NCBI RefSeq assembly: GCF_001194135.2
Contig: NC_068985.1
Coordinates: forward strand, 7,375,249 to 7,435,124
Source: Octopus bimaculoides
Lineage: Eukaryota
Reading direction: 5' to 3'
Length of the DNA stretch: 59,876 nt
A program made the position numbers and the translations under genes. The notes below the pieces were generated by a model that worked only from the letters and a program-made list of their open reading frames with translations, made no database searches and was not told the DNA's origin. Shown here in pieces: positions 36,001-49,457 of the stretch; positions within the stretch are counted from its first letter, which is position 1, and each line of letters begins with the position of its first letter.

Positions 36001-36366
36001 CTTTTATTCTTTTATTTGTTTCAGTCATTTGACTGCGGCCATGCAGGAGCACCGCCTTTTAGTCGAACAAATCGACCCCAGGACTTATTCTTTGTAAACC
36101 TAGTACTTATTCTATCAGTCTTTTTCGACGAACCGCTGAGTTACGTGGACGTAAACACACCAGCATCGGTTGTCAAGCGATGTTGGGGACAAACACAGAC
36201 ACATAAATATACATACATACATATACGACGGGCTTCTTTCAATTTCCGTCTACCATATCCACTCACAAGGCTTTCGACGACCCGAGGCTACAGCAGAAGA
36301 CACTTGCCCAAGGTACCACGCATTGGGACTGAACACGGAACAATGTGGTTGGTAAGCAAGCTACTT
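36001..36366 (-). mobile_element. SINE group C
   Basis: Reverse complement of the 55101-55432 and 51043-51440 pattern, from the tail ttcttttatttgtttcagtc to the head gttggtaagcaagcta. Confidence 0.92.
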
Positions 36367-36695
36367 TATTTCATTTCATTGGCTATAAAAGCCGTACATA
36401 GAAGAAGTAGCTGCGGGCTGGACAAGGACACGATGATGATGGAGAACATTCTTGTTCAATAGTTTTCGATGATTGAATGACAAAAGAAAGAACTCGATGA
36501 AGCGTTGATATTGATTTTGTTTGCATAAGATACAAAACATTATATCTTTAAATGAGAAGAAACTAAAATAGTGACTTATTATCTATCTCGCCGAGAAGCA
36601 TCAGGGAATTAAAGGGTAGGAAAATCACTTTCAACCGGAGATTGAAACTGGTACCTAGTTTTTTCATACGATAAACAATTGGTTTGTAGAATATA

Positions 36696-37246
36696 CAGGG
36701 TGCGGCAAAAGTAACACCCTTTTTATTTAGTAATTTTTTTATTGTACAAAAATCCGTTAAAGTAGTTAAAGAAAAGGGGGAAAAAACAATTAATGAAAAT
36801 AAATTGCAGTAGTTTTGAGAAATTTACTAATTAACGTTCCATCAAAATAACGTAATTCATTAAGATAAAAAACTTAATTAACATGTTCAAAACACTCTCT
36901 TTCGTTTTCAGTACAACGCTGAACCCTACCAGCAACACTTCTTCAAACCTTTTGACACATTTCCACGTTAATTGCAGAAAATGTATCAGAAATTCTTTGT
37001 TTTAATTCATGAATTGTTTTCGGTTTCAGGAAGCAAAGAAGATCTTTCAACACACCCACAAGAAAAAGTCAGGTGGTGTTAGGTCTGGTGATCGCCATCA
37101 CCACTCAATTGCTCCACGTTGTCCTATCCACCTGACCTCAAAATTAAGATTTAACCATTTCTGAACGTTTTACCCATAGTGAGATGAAAGTAGAAAACTA
37201 TACAAATGACACAAATAAGAAAGGGCGTAACTTCTGTCGCACCCTG
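36696..37246 (-). mobile_element. Internally deleted Tc1/mariner-superfamily element (551 bp) with TIRs and TA TSD
   Basis: The TIRs are cagggtgcggcaaaagtaacaccct and the reverse complement of agggcgtaacttctgtcgcaccctg (4 mismatches in 25), with TA on both sides. The minus strand retains RWIGQRGAIEW*.RSPDLTPPDFFLW...KPKTIHELKQRI...RVQRC. Confidence 0.9.
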
Positions 37247-38864
37247 TATGTTACCCCTAATTTGCAGTAATTATTTCATGTTTTAATTTTGAAAGCTTCG
37301 TATTTAAATGCTTTATTAACAAAAAAAAATACGCTTCGTCAGCTCACATCATTTCTTGTTCGCGACTGAAAGTCCAGAAATTTGAAATATTCAAAATAAT
37401 CCATGTCACAGTAATATTCGAGCATGTCAAATTTATGTGTGCAATTTAAGTACGCAATTGGGCCACACAGCTACAATTCTATATGTATGTCATGTGTGTT
37501 ATTTTAGTGGCATTGATTTGGTTGGTTTGGTTGGCTTGGCTGATGAAATGGTTTTGACAAAATACTATAAAATGACGTTTACAAAAGAAATATATCGATT
37601 TCATTTCTAATTGTTTTCAGGAATAAAATAACATTATATTTCAGACAACACATTAATATATTTTGCGTAAATAACTCTTTTTGGCTGACGTTTAAAGCAT
37701 ATTGTGGTCTAAAGAATTGCCGTGTCAATGAAGAAATAGCAGCATTTGTTTACGCCATTGTCGTTAATGACCTAGGAAAAGATATAGCTTACCACTTCCC
37801 ATAAAAATATCAAGTTTCATTTGTATATAACAAAGAATATTTCAAAGTATAGAAGCATCGCTAAATCAATCGTAAAGCAATATTTATGTAATGATTTCTT
37901 ATCTCGGCACACGGCCAAACGTTTAGAAGGAGAATATATAACCGATTGAAACGACTCCAAAATATATATTGTATTTATTTCACTGATATTGAAGGAGAGA
38001 TGGATGTCAAAGTCACCCCTGGTTTAACCGAAATTTTGAATAGAAAGGAAAATACAAATTCTGCGAAGCGTAGTACAATGCTTGTCCACTCCACTGCCCT
38101 CTCCATGTGACTTTATATCAACACCATATCACACCGTAACGGTACTTCACTTCGGTAATCTAAAGCTGATGCGAAGTAGGTGCTACTACACTGTTTAACG
38201 CTGTATAAGAAACTCACTTCAAAACGAATTCATTACCACCTTCTTATTAACTATTACGTATCTGAGCGAAGAATTGATTACTAAGATCAACACAGTGATA
38301 AATATCATTTAATGAACAGCGTGTAAAGGTACGGGCTACAAATAGTTTCTTGCTGTGAGGGCACATTTCCAGGCAGCCTTTTATAACATACCCAGACACA
38401 GATATGCCCAGAAACGTGCCTCCAGAGCAAAGCACTATTAGTAGAAATAACGATTAAAGATATTGAAATCCGTAACATTAATTATTATTTGTGTGTACTT
38501 GAACATTCTACCTTCGTTTCCCTTTTCCCCATCCGTCAAAAGATAGTCCATCTCAGAAATTCAAATCAGTTGCGAATACGTTCGATAGATTGTAACAGCA
38601 GATGTAATGACTAGATTTGTGGCTAACAGCAAATGAGATGATACAGTCGGTTAAAAGTTAACTGAACCTCGGCATCGACGAACAATTTGCTTGCAGTTGC
38701 TGCTTTGGTTGTATGTGCTACATCTGCCTTAGAAAGCGAGGTGCATCATATGTCAAGGCCCTTCATCTTCATCCCTGCACTTGAAAGAGAAAAGAAACGT
38801 TTGTCAAGAGTTGAAAGTTCAAAGCTTAAATAATTGCACCACTGCTATTGTGGCAATCGACTAT

Positions 38865-39305
38865 TACAGTAGCAATAACAATTACTGCTACAGCAACAAC
38901 AACAACAACAACAACAGAATTAAGAAAAACACAACAGCAGCAATAATAGCAGAGAGGGCAATCTTCTCCTTAGAAGAGGAGGAGGAATTTTTATCGTTGA
39001 AAGTTGAAAGTTCAAAAACTTGCACCACTCTGAACGGCACAAAAGAGAGTAGCTGTAGAACAATAACAACATTAAAACAATAACAACAACATCATAGTTA
39101 TTAAAAATAACAACAACAGCAGCAGCAGCAGCAGCAGTAGTAGCAGCAGTAGCAGCAGCAGTTGCAGCAACGGCTGTAACGATAGCAATGGTAGCAGAGA
39201 GCAGGGACAACAATAGCAACAAGCAAGAAGGCCAACAGTAACAGTAGTAGCAACGCTTTATCCACAACAGCAATTAGAGAAACTCTGCTAACAACAACAA
39301 AAGGA
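38865..39305. repeat. Degenerate trinucleotide mosaic (AAC/AGC/AAT/AGT)
   Basis: Direct reading. Confidence 0.85.
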
Positions 39306-39559
39306 AAACACACAAACGCTACAGCGAACGTATAAGGGAAAACCAGCAAACACACAAATCTTAAGACTATGACGTTGGGAAGCCCAACATCGTAGTCTTG
39401 AACAGACTGATCGAGGTTTCCTCAAGGAACCCCAAGGAACCCTAAACAAAAGGTATTTTCATACACCTGATTGCCTACTGAAGATTTCTATCAGTTCAAG
39501 TAACACTCTTTTCTTTTTCTCTACCTACATGACAGCTTTAAGTATAGTCTGATACATAC

Positions 39560-40600
39560 ACGTAGCCTGGAGTCACACTGTTAGAAGGGGGTCACCTGAT
39601 CAATAACCTCAGGTTATTGGTTATGGATGTGATAGCCACCAACGAGTCCATGAGATCCCACATACGTACTATAAAAGCTATTTTCGATGGTTTCCAGATA
39701 TCTTTGCAAAATTCAATTGTGAGACGAAATGGAAGTGTCTACACTTTAGGTTGGACTACTACACAGACCACAAATTAGTGATTATTCCGCTTAACTGAGA
39801 AAGGCTGCATTAGCAGGGACTCGGTTACTGGAAACTGCACGCGTCTTTCTCAGTGTGTTAGGCTTGTAGAGAGCGGGAGTTGACAAGTAAGCAACCAAGG
39901 ATGGCTAGCCCTGAAAAGGTGATAGCAAATTCAAGAACAGAGAGGCTGGTTAGAAACCTAGAAGAGACGCTTATGAAAGACGTTGCGACTGATCCACTGG
40001 CAGCAAAATTGCTTCCTGACCAATTCTTCAACGAGAGTATGCCGTGGTTTGCACATATACGCGTTCAGGCATTGACTTCGTCGTTTTCTTAATCGTCAAG
40101 CGGTGTAGTTACCATTTTCCAGATTCATTTTTCTACTGCTTGTCTTTTTGAAAGAGCTGAGATCCTTTATTAAATACAATTCATGTCGTGGCGCTGAGCA
40201 CCCAGACTGTCGTCAGGTGCTCTCAACCCTCTGCAAGTCGTGGAATGCGATTAATGAAAGCCCTGCCGTGGCATTCTATAGGAAATTAGAGGCAGAAGGC
40301 AAGAGAGACGGCGTACTCGGGGAGTGCCTGAGCGTCGACGAGGATCATCTAGCTGGTCTGTTCTGGAAGATAGTGTGACCGGGAGAGGAGACATTGCCGG
40401 TTCGGGATAAACTCTACAAGTATCGTTGCGCAGTCAGCAGGGCCATCTTGAGATGTGTGCAGCGTGACAAAACTATTCTAGAGGTACTCGTACAGTACCC
40501 GAGCATTACTGACTTGTAAAGTAAGTACGTGGTAACTCCATCACGACACACAAGGATCCAACACGTCAGCAAATTGGAAAAGGACTTTCTCCTCCCCCAC
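39560..40600 (+). mobile_element. L1/Tx1-like LINE ORF2 relic: endonuclease end joined to the C-terminal region, RT missing
   Basis: YTDHKLV at 39760 and QGLGYWKLHASF at 39814 mark the end of the APE domain. AFYRKLE and LPVRDKLY.Y..AVSRA..RC....TIL..LVQYP.I.DL at ~40394 are a degenerate zinc-knuckle region, homologous to the start of 52351. Confidence 0.75.
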
Positions 40601-41481
40601 CTTATTCTCTCTCTTTCTCTTTTTCTTTCTCTCATCCTTTAAAGTTTTGTTATGGAGACTTAAACACGAGATATCAAAACTAATTATATATTTCTACGGA
40701 GTAAGTTCAATATCTTTGTTGTAAACATTTTTGTCATAACATTGCATTTATGTATTTTCATTAAAATGAAAAGATGCATAAAGGGTTTTATGTCTTGTGG
40801 AAGGAAAATGCGTACATGGAGTCTCATGTTAAATCAAAAGAAATTTCTATAAAGTGACATGGAATGTATGTACAGGATTTGTGCCAAGTCAAAAGGAATT
40901 ACAATCAACAGTTGTGTAGTTAACCTCAGCTGAGAAATAACACCTGATGACAATAACGATTCGTCGAGCATTCTCTCAGAAGGTTGGCATATTATCGACT
41001 TTACTTTCCCTGACACATAAATATATTTTTAGTGCGCACAGCAAACAGAAATCGAAAAAGATGCCATATGATATATTAAAACAAAAAAAACAACAGAAAA
41101 TAAAACTAACATGTCTCAAGTATATGCCAATCGAAGATTAATTACAACTCTGGCATCAAATACAATTTTTTTTAACTCTTAAGTTATGGAGAAGTAAAAT
41201 TAATAAATGATGACAATCAAAGCTGTCTGCAATGCGCCATTGTAATCACTTCCTTGCTGACACTTCTCTCAAAAACAATCTTCTTAATGACGGTTTCTCG
41301 TATTTATATCATTGTCTTTCAGCAAAATTGTTTATGTGTTGACTTGTTTATTTTTTTCTTTTCTTCGGTGCATGATTATATTGATGTATGTATTTATTAG
41401 GCATTATTATCAAAATATAATTAATGAATTATTATTATTATTATCATTATTATTATTATCATAGTTATGATAATTGTATAG

Positions 41482-41856
41482 ATTCTAAGTTCAAATACCA
41501 TTGAGATCGTCTTTGCTTTTTATCCTTTTCGAGATGATAAACTTCAATACCAGTTATGTACTTTGGGTCGATGTAATCGACCAACTCGCACCGCCTCCGA
41601 ATTTCAGGCCTTGTATCTATATTAGAAATAGTTATTTTCATAACGGCACTGGATTACCAGAATAGCTGGATCGTCGTAAAATGTTTTGTAGTAGTTGTTC
41701 TGGCTTTTTACGTTCCGAGCTCAAATCGTGCCGTGGTTAACTTTGCTTTTTATACCTTTCGAGAACGAAGAAATAAAATACCATTCAAGTGCTGGACTAA
41801 TTTAATCAACTAATCTTTTAACCAAATTTCAAGCCATGTACTTATGAAGGAAATAG
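41482..41856 (+). mobile_element. Two tandem diverged SINE group A copies (41482-41628, 41644-41856)
   Basis: Each has gttcaaat/gctcaaat, ctttgctttt.atcc/acctttc, accag/accatt and a tail of the aatttcaggccttgt type. Confidence 0.7.
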
Positions 41857-42612
41857 AATCGTGAGAGCACCGGAAAAATCACACCCTGTCGTTTCCATAA
41901 CGGAAGGGCACCCTAGCTAATGTAATTCGTGAAATACAAAAATATTGGATTGACATGGTTGGAAAGGTCTGCTCAACCAAAACTGAACAATAATAAGTAC
42001 AGTGTTAAAGAGTACCTTGGTTCATCTAAAATGTAAATGTGTTGTAATATCTTAAACAAATGACACCGACATTATAACAAGTGCAACCGCCAGGAGGATT
42101 TGTGCATTTGTCGGCGTTTGGAAATCTTTTTAGCTGCCGTAACCATGGTTATGAAACGCGGATAGAATGTCAAGCACTCAGATGTGGTCGACATGTCTTA
42201 TTCCCTTGATAATCTCAGCTTTCTACTTCTCTATCTAGGTGAGGGCCATATTTAGCACGCTGGTAGACAGTAGTTTATTGTATAAAGTACAATGTGGAAA
42301 CCCAGCCACTTTTATATATTTCCCCGCTTTCTTTATTTTTGTACGTCAATTATTTTAATTGAAATGGGACAATTCTTGTTTTTCTCCGTTTGCCACTGGC
42401 ATTATGCTTTCTAGCTAATGAGATTATTGATGTTTATGCTATACCTGTGTGTGTTTATTTGGGCCGAGGGGGTTGGGTAAGATTTTTCGTAAGTTTTCGG
42501 TGAAATGTAGGGGTATCAAAGAGTATGGCGGTAATCAAGTCGTATCAAAACTGTGTGAATTAAAGCGTGCTGCAGCTATAAAGTGTGTGTGTCTCAATAC
42601 TTAACGAGTGTG

Positions 42613-42830
42613 AAGGCGGCGAGCTGGCAGAAACATTAGCACGCCGGGCAAATTTCATCTGTCTGTATTTCATCTGCCTATACGTTCTGAGTTCAAATTC
42701 CGCCGAGGTCGACTTTGTCTTTTATCCTTTCGGGATCGATGAAATAAGTACCAGTTGCAAACTGGGGTCGATCTAATCGACTGGCCCCCTCTCCCCCAAA
42801 ATTTCGGGCCCTGTGCCTAGAGTAGAAAAT
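42613..42830 (+). mobile_element. SINE group A, full length and young-looking, tail type 1
   Basis: aaggcggcgagctggcagaaac...gagttcaaattccgccgaggtcgac...aaaatttcgggccctgtgcctagagtagaaaa. aatactta is duplicated at 42596-42603 and 42831-42838. Confidence 0.93.
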
Positions 42831-44092
42831 AATACTTAGCTGGCGTATTACTTATTATTTTGGTTTCATTGAGGAGGTTCTCTTCTGATTGCAACTCGTG
42901 TTGATACGCGCTTTACTACGCTGTCCTAGTTTTTTTATCTTTCCTGAGATATTGTTATATATAATAGATTAAGAGATTGTTTTCTATGTAGTATATTGTC
43001 GTGCGTTAATGCTATTGCTTCTTGCCTTGACCAAAAGTGGTTTCTGTTTTACGTCATTTTTCTTAGTTTTATTTTATACATTGATTAACTATTTTTACTC
43101 TAATGTCTTATATAAGAATGTTGTAGAAGTGATGCACGTAAATCTTATCTTTATTCTTTCTCAGTGCATGTAATATGCTAATATTGTTGATTTTCAGGAT
43201 TGGCTGCATTAGATTATTGCTTTTAGTTTTACTGGTGAGAAGAAATATTGTGCATTTGGTGGACGATAATTTTCGTATCTTTAGTGAAAGGTTTCTCCGC
43301 TGCTTGTTCTTTTTCCCATTTCAAATAAATGCATTTCGTGTCCTATTACTTAGGTTTTTCATTTAATGTCGCTTGTGTTTGTCTAAGTAGTGGATGTATC
43401 TATCTAGGAGTGAATTGTATGTGTTATGAGACATTAAATATCGCTTGATTCCTCTAGCTTTTTAGGAATCTAATCAGAAATTTTACATGTGTTTCTTGTA
43501 TCCTTGTAATATAATGCGTGTTTGATGAGGGCAACTAGTGATGCTGCATTATAATAGTTCCAGTATCTTTGTGTTGCTTTTAAATGGTGTGCATTATTTA
43601 CTGCACCGCTTATTTCTGCGTGTTTCTGTGTAACGTGCTTGCATTTCGATATGCCAGTTCTTATAGTTGCTGGCATTCTAAAATGTTCAGTAAAGTCTTT
43701 CATGAAAATTATGGTCATTTTAATACAGAGATAATGATGTTAGATACACTCTTTTGGTTTTGTTAGATTCGCTGTTTTGGTTTTGGTTCCTTACACAGTA
43801 TGCTTGAAAATCAGCAGTTGCCTTTTTGTCTACAGCCAAACGTTTTTGTACTCGGAATAAATCGTACTTGATTATTGTAAAGTTCAGAACTTAACAAAGT
43901 TATATCTTCCGCTTCTAAAGTCATTGGCCTCAATCATTTAGAACGTAAGTATATTCGATCAGGGCTAAACAAAAATCAAAACAACTTCTGGGGTGTCGTG
44001 GAAATGATCAGTCTTTAACAATGCAAGAATATCCCGAGACTGGAAGCGATTCTATGAGATTCCTGATGAGTGAATGGTGCATATTTGCTCTG

Positions 44093-44290
44093 GGTGCAAC
44101 ATGGCCGAGTGGATAAGAACATAGTCGAGTGGATAAGAAGTTAGCTTCACAATACCAGGGTTCCTTGTTCAATTCCACTACGTGGAATATTGGGCAAATA
44201 TGTTTATCACGGCCGCGGGAAGGGGTTGACCCAAGTCTCGTAAGTCAAATTGAGCAGAAAGAACACTATGTAGAAGCTCGTCAGGTGAAT
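44093..44290 (+). mobile_element. SINE group C 5' part, diverged, with a duplicated A-box segment
   Basis: atggccgagtggataagaac / atagtcgagtggataagaag tandem, then gttcaattccactacgtgg...ttgggcaaa. Confidence 0.6.
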
Positions 44291-46089
44291 TGTACTTTGA
44301 ATGTCCATCCTTATCACACACTTTATTACACTGATTCTGCTTGAGAAGTACGCTAAGGGGACATGAGTCCGTATAATAGGTAGCAACAGATACGCTAATT
44401 TAATGAGAAGGTTGCTCAGTTGATCGAAAAGCTGAATACTTATCGTCGAAATCGACGAAGATCCACTTTCTTTACAAGGCCCCATAAACAGAAGACTAGA
44501 AAGAGCCCTATAATGAAATTTTATTATCTTGTCCAGTTCTTTCCAATTAACAGGCGAACATTTTTATAGTAAGTTGATGTTTTTCGATAAAACATGAAAA
44601 GATGCAGTCAGTATAAAGGAATACATGTTACATATATTTTAGAATTAATAATGCTCTCTTGATTGACCCCTTCGAGTACTCAAAATGGATTCAGTAGTTA
44701 CTTTGATAGCAAGGAATCCCATCAAGTTAATCCTACATCGTGAACTCTGAACTGTCTACCCTTGCAAAGTTTAGTGAAAATAGTTGTCCTTCTAAAGAGT
44801 GATGCTCGACACTTACCAAATATAGTAGAATCTTTATTGTATATAAACTACAAGCTTTTTTATTGGTTACACACTCCTGTTCATAGAAAATATTACGCAA
44901 AAGTAAGAAGAACAATAACGAGTAAACATCCAAGTTCAATTCGGTGAATATAAAACCTCGACTTCTTTAGTTTGCAGCGGCAATAGTCTATATCTCTTTA
45001 CATCATGATCAATAATCAATGTAAATCGAAAACATTTTTACTTTAATTTACAGGAGCAATAGAAAAACAATATTAGCTTCATAAACAGTATTCTTTAATG
45101 AAGTGAAGTATATTGATACGACACAACTATCGGTTTCATGTGATCAAATTATGAGGCACGATTTTATTTTCCTTCCTACGTTTATGTTCTACCTTTACAA
45201 AAAATTCACTTGAAAATATTTTATTGAATGAAAGCCATGAAAATATTTTATATAACGATGTCAGATTGATGCTATTTAACTATGTTTCCATCGATATATT
45301 TTTTGTTTTCATCCACTTGTGAATGCACTTTTGCCTACACCACATACATACATGTCATTGCGGTTGATTAAAAAGTTTTTCTCAAACCTAAAATCAAATT
45401 ATTGGTCGTTTCTGTATTCAGAATGTAAATCACAGGATTCTATTTTCTTACAAATTTCATCTTCTACTTTATTTATTTATATATTTATTTCTCTATTTCT
45501 CACTTTGTTTAGAAGCGCACGTTAAACTCATCATGACATCTCATAAATATATATTGAAATCTTATTAAAGAAAGATCTCGGTGTTTCAAGAAACGAAGTT
45601 GCAGAAATAAAGTTGTCAGTTGGTGATATATTATTGGAGTTAGAATGATGATAGAGTTAGTACAGGAAGTAAGAATGATAAAGTTAGTACAGGAAGTAGA
45701 GAGCTGAAATAGATTATCTGCATTATTTCGCCTGCTGTCTCACATTTCACTCTTCAGATTCCACTGAATTCAAATTTGTTTTCATCTTTTCGTTAGTTCG
45801 TAAAATAAATTCCCGTTATATATACTATTCAAACCAAAAGACAAATTACTCTCCTCTCATTTCCAAGCAAAACTTTGTGATTGGTAAAGAAACTAATATA
45901 TTCTGGGAGTCGCAAACACACATTAAGAGGACGAAATAATAAAATATAAAGACTGCTACATTTATCTAGTCTCCACAAACAACAAATATTGCTACTATCG
46001 CTACTACAATTATCAACATCGGACGAAAATGTAATTCTTAGACAGACCATTAGAGTGATGGGGTGGATTTAACCTCAGTGACACATCTA

Positions 46090-47330
46090 CAGGGTCTTGC
46101 AGATAAACTGAGATCAATTTTAAGCAGTTGGCTTAGTGGGTTTAACATTTCATTTTATGAAAAAACCTTGCTTGCTTAAAAATCTAATCCCCCCCCCCTC
46201 TTTATTTTTCAGAAACGTAGCGAACTGATTCGACAACAGAAAGTCATGGAACAACAGAATCGTTCCGCCATTGTTGATTTAGCGCGCACCGGGTCCACTA
46301 CCAATAAAATTGTAAAGTTGAGGAAACTTCCAAAAGCAACAGTTTATCGTATGTACAAACAATTTAAAGAGGGAAATATTGATAGAAAAGGACACAAGAC
46401 TCGAAATGATTCCAAGCGCAATCCAAAGCTTCTTGCTGGCTTCAAACGCTCGATTGAAGCTAACCCATCCACATCCATGAAAACTCTTGCAAAGAAACGT
46501 AATGTGTCCCTTTTCACGGTGTCCAGAGCTGTGAACAGGAATTTTGACATGACTAGCTATGTTCGACGACGTTGTCACCTCCTAAGAGCCAAAGCCAAAG
46601 CATTCAGAGCCGAGATATGCCCAAAGCTTCTGTCATTCATCAAGCATTAAGATGCAGGAAAACGTCTTGTGTTTGTGAACGAGTAAAAACTTCATTGTGG
46701 ACGCTGAGGTGAATTGCAGAAATTCTCGAGTGATTGCATACAACCCTTCGTCCCCACTGTGTTTGAGACGAAGAATTCTGCCTCTTTGATGTTATTTAGA
46801 TCCGTGGTGAGGAATAGAAGTGTTATGGATCCACACTTCATTGAGACTGGCTTAAAGATGAACACAAAGGAGTATTTGGACATCCTGAAGAACTCTCTGT
46901 TACCATGGATAGAGCAAAAGTTTGGGCTTGACAATGTAGTGCTTATCCAGGATTCTGCACCATTGCATGGGTCAAAAGCAACACAGGCCTTCCTTGGTGA
47001 GAAGATGCCATTTTTTGTGAGGGCCAACATCTGGCCCAGTAATAGCCCATATCTCAACCTTCTCGATTACTTCTTATGGAGCGTACTTCAAGCAAGAACA
47101 AACGCTTCACCACACGCGAGTGACAACAGTTTAGAGATCTGCAGCGTGCGTGCGACACTCAAAATGAAAAAGGCAGAGGTTTCGGCCGCTGCAAAAATAT
47201 TTCCTTCTCGTGTGCAGGAGGTAATTGCCCAAAACGGTGGTCATATTGGGTGTTAATTGTTTTTGTTGTAATAAATGTTACAATTAAGATTATACCTGTC
47301 TACTACCATTATCGTTTTTTCCATTGCGCT
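46090..47330 (+). mobile_element. Decayed DD37D (maT / Bmmar1-like) Tc1/mariner-superfamily transposon
   Basis: The HTH-containing ORF at 46246-46650 is followed, after a stop and frameshifts, by ORF 46714-47256 with QDSAPLH...WPSNSPYLNLLDYFLW. I count 37 residues between the two Asp. The left end is TA|CAGGGT at 46088-46095; the right TIR was not identified. Confidence 0.88.
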
Positions 47331-48074
47331 GCATCTTGTGATTCGTCATACGTTCGATTGGATGCGTTCACAGAAGTCGTCTTATCAAGTGGATTTTAGT
47401 GTGGAGCGAATTGAAGTATTTCAAAGGAGATTGGTCGACTGTATTTTGATCAAGTGCTTTGGAGGACTTCAACTTGTTACCACAAGATGATAGGACAAAC
47501 AACTAATCCATGAATCAACGACTGATATCACGTCCCTGGTGTTCTGCTGTGCCAATAAAACCCCGTTGATTCAGTGAACTAACTAATCAACTGTGTTGTG
47601 AACATAATTAACATTAATCTTATAGAAAAACCATATAATTAATGAATGCTGAGTTCAAATTTTTCAGAAACCAATGCTTCCTCTCTATCGAACCAACGAA
47701 GGAGCTTTACGCTACCGCTCGAGTCACAACAAATTGCCGCTAAATTTCTGTAAAACTGTATCCCACTATTTTGTGTAAAGAACAACTCACTGGTCACTGC
47801 AAACTCTATGTAAGGCCTCCATCGTTCAGAATTGAACGCGTATTTGTACATGTATCTGCATGCTCGACCAATATTTACTCTGCAAGGGACTTTTAGTTGT
47901 ACATATGTCATTGTCTCCTCTATATGACACCGAAGCTGCCCAAAAGAAAGGCAAGGCATAAACCGTTACAATCTTAAGACCTGTTTGTCGCAATCGTTAT
48001 TACTAGAAGACAATGGACCGGAATGATGCATTCCATCTGAGACTCTGATAGTTTCAGTAATCAATGGCCCTAGA

Positions 48075-48205
48075 CTGGTACATATTTATCGACCCCGAAC
48101 AGCTGAAAAGCAAAGCTGATCCCTGCGAGATTTAAGCGCAGGGCGCAGTGTCGGAACAAATACTGCAAGCCGTTCTGTACAACGTTCTAATGGTTTTGCC
48201 AAGAC
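48075..48205 (-). mobile_element. SINE group A, diverged fragment
   Basis: The ggtac.atatttatcgaccccgaa...gaaaagcaaag core is present. Confidence 0.6.
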
Positions 48206-49457
48206 ATCATTTGGACGATTCGGCAGAGCCATTAGAACTTTATACACATGTAAAATAATGATATGGTCAAGATAATACATGTTTGATCATGGGCCTTCTT
48301 GACAGGAACTACTTGGGGCTAAAACTTGAGTGACCAATTATTTCGGTCAACCTCATCACTAAATTTGGGTCTTTATTTTCATTCTAATGATTGATTACCT
48401 GCATTCTACCTTTAATTCATTAAGAAACGAACATCCAGCTGATTAACTTGCACGCCTGCCAGCGATTTCAAGCAAAGAAAAAAAATAAAACGATAAAATT
48501 TCATAATATTCAATTAAAGGAATGACCTGTCCTTTGCATGGAAGGACGTTTTTTTTTTTTGTTTGTTTTTGTCTATTAAAGTTTTTTACCATTTACTTAT
48601 TTTATTTTCTATTACATTTCCCTCTTGCTTTTTTTTTATATATATTTCTCTCAGCTTCATCTATTTATTTTCTGTTTTTTATTTATTCATCTATTTGTAT
48701 TTTTTTTTTTTCTGATTCACCTTTCATTTATAATCCATAATTCAATGGAGGCAAAAGAACAGTTCAGTGTTGTCAAACAGAGATGGTTTTCAAGTATAGA
48801 ACTGCCAAAGCTGGGAAAAAAAGAAGAAATGAAAGTCAGAGCACAAGAATAGCATCCACACAAAACTATACAAAACGAAACAACAATTGGTTGAAGGCCC
48901 AAGTGGATGGATTGTTTCCTTTTTGTGTAGACAGTGGAATCGCTTGCAAAATATTCCAGTGAATATTTTTTCTTTAGTTCCTTCTCTTCCAATCAATTCT
49001 CCCCCCACTCGCCCCCTCTTTCAGAAACTAAAAACGGTATCACAATGACTAGATGTCATCGTTTGATACATTCCGTTTGGCTTTAGAAACCGAACGTCAG
49101 CAACGTACGATGACTGGGTGACTGTCTTGAATATTTATTAGTGATAAGGCGACGACGAGCTGGAAGAACCGTTACTGCGCCGGGAATGTGTGTGGTTATA
49201 TGCGAGCTCGGTCCGCGTTGAGCTAGATTAAGCTAATGATATCCACAGGAACGTGAGATATAAAATTTAGAATGATAGTGAATTTGAACCTTTCACTGTT
49301 TTGTCTATAATCTAATATCCGCTCCACGTGACCAGCAGCACTTCTTTTGTTAAAAATTCTCTTGACGTCACCGTCGTTTTGGCTGTCATTGTTTAGCCCC
49401 GAATCAACCTGGTTCAAGCAAGCCCATTATTTAAGGCATTCTAGCGTTTGAACATCT

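Noticed and set aside
38865-39305. PolyQ/polyA coding exon
   Set aside because: Stops are frequent in the relevant frames and there are no credible splice boundaries; it is a degenerate microsatellite.
42950-43720. A-rich minus strand suggesting an old LINE
   Set aside because: I could not recover any diagnostic motif, so it is left unannotated.
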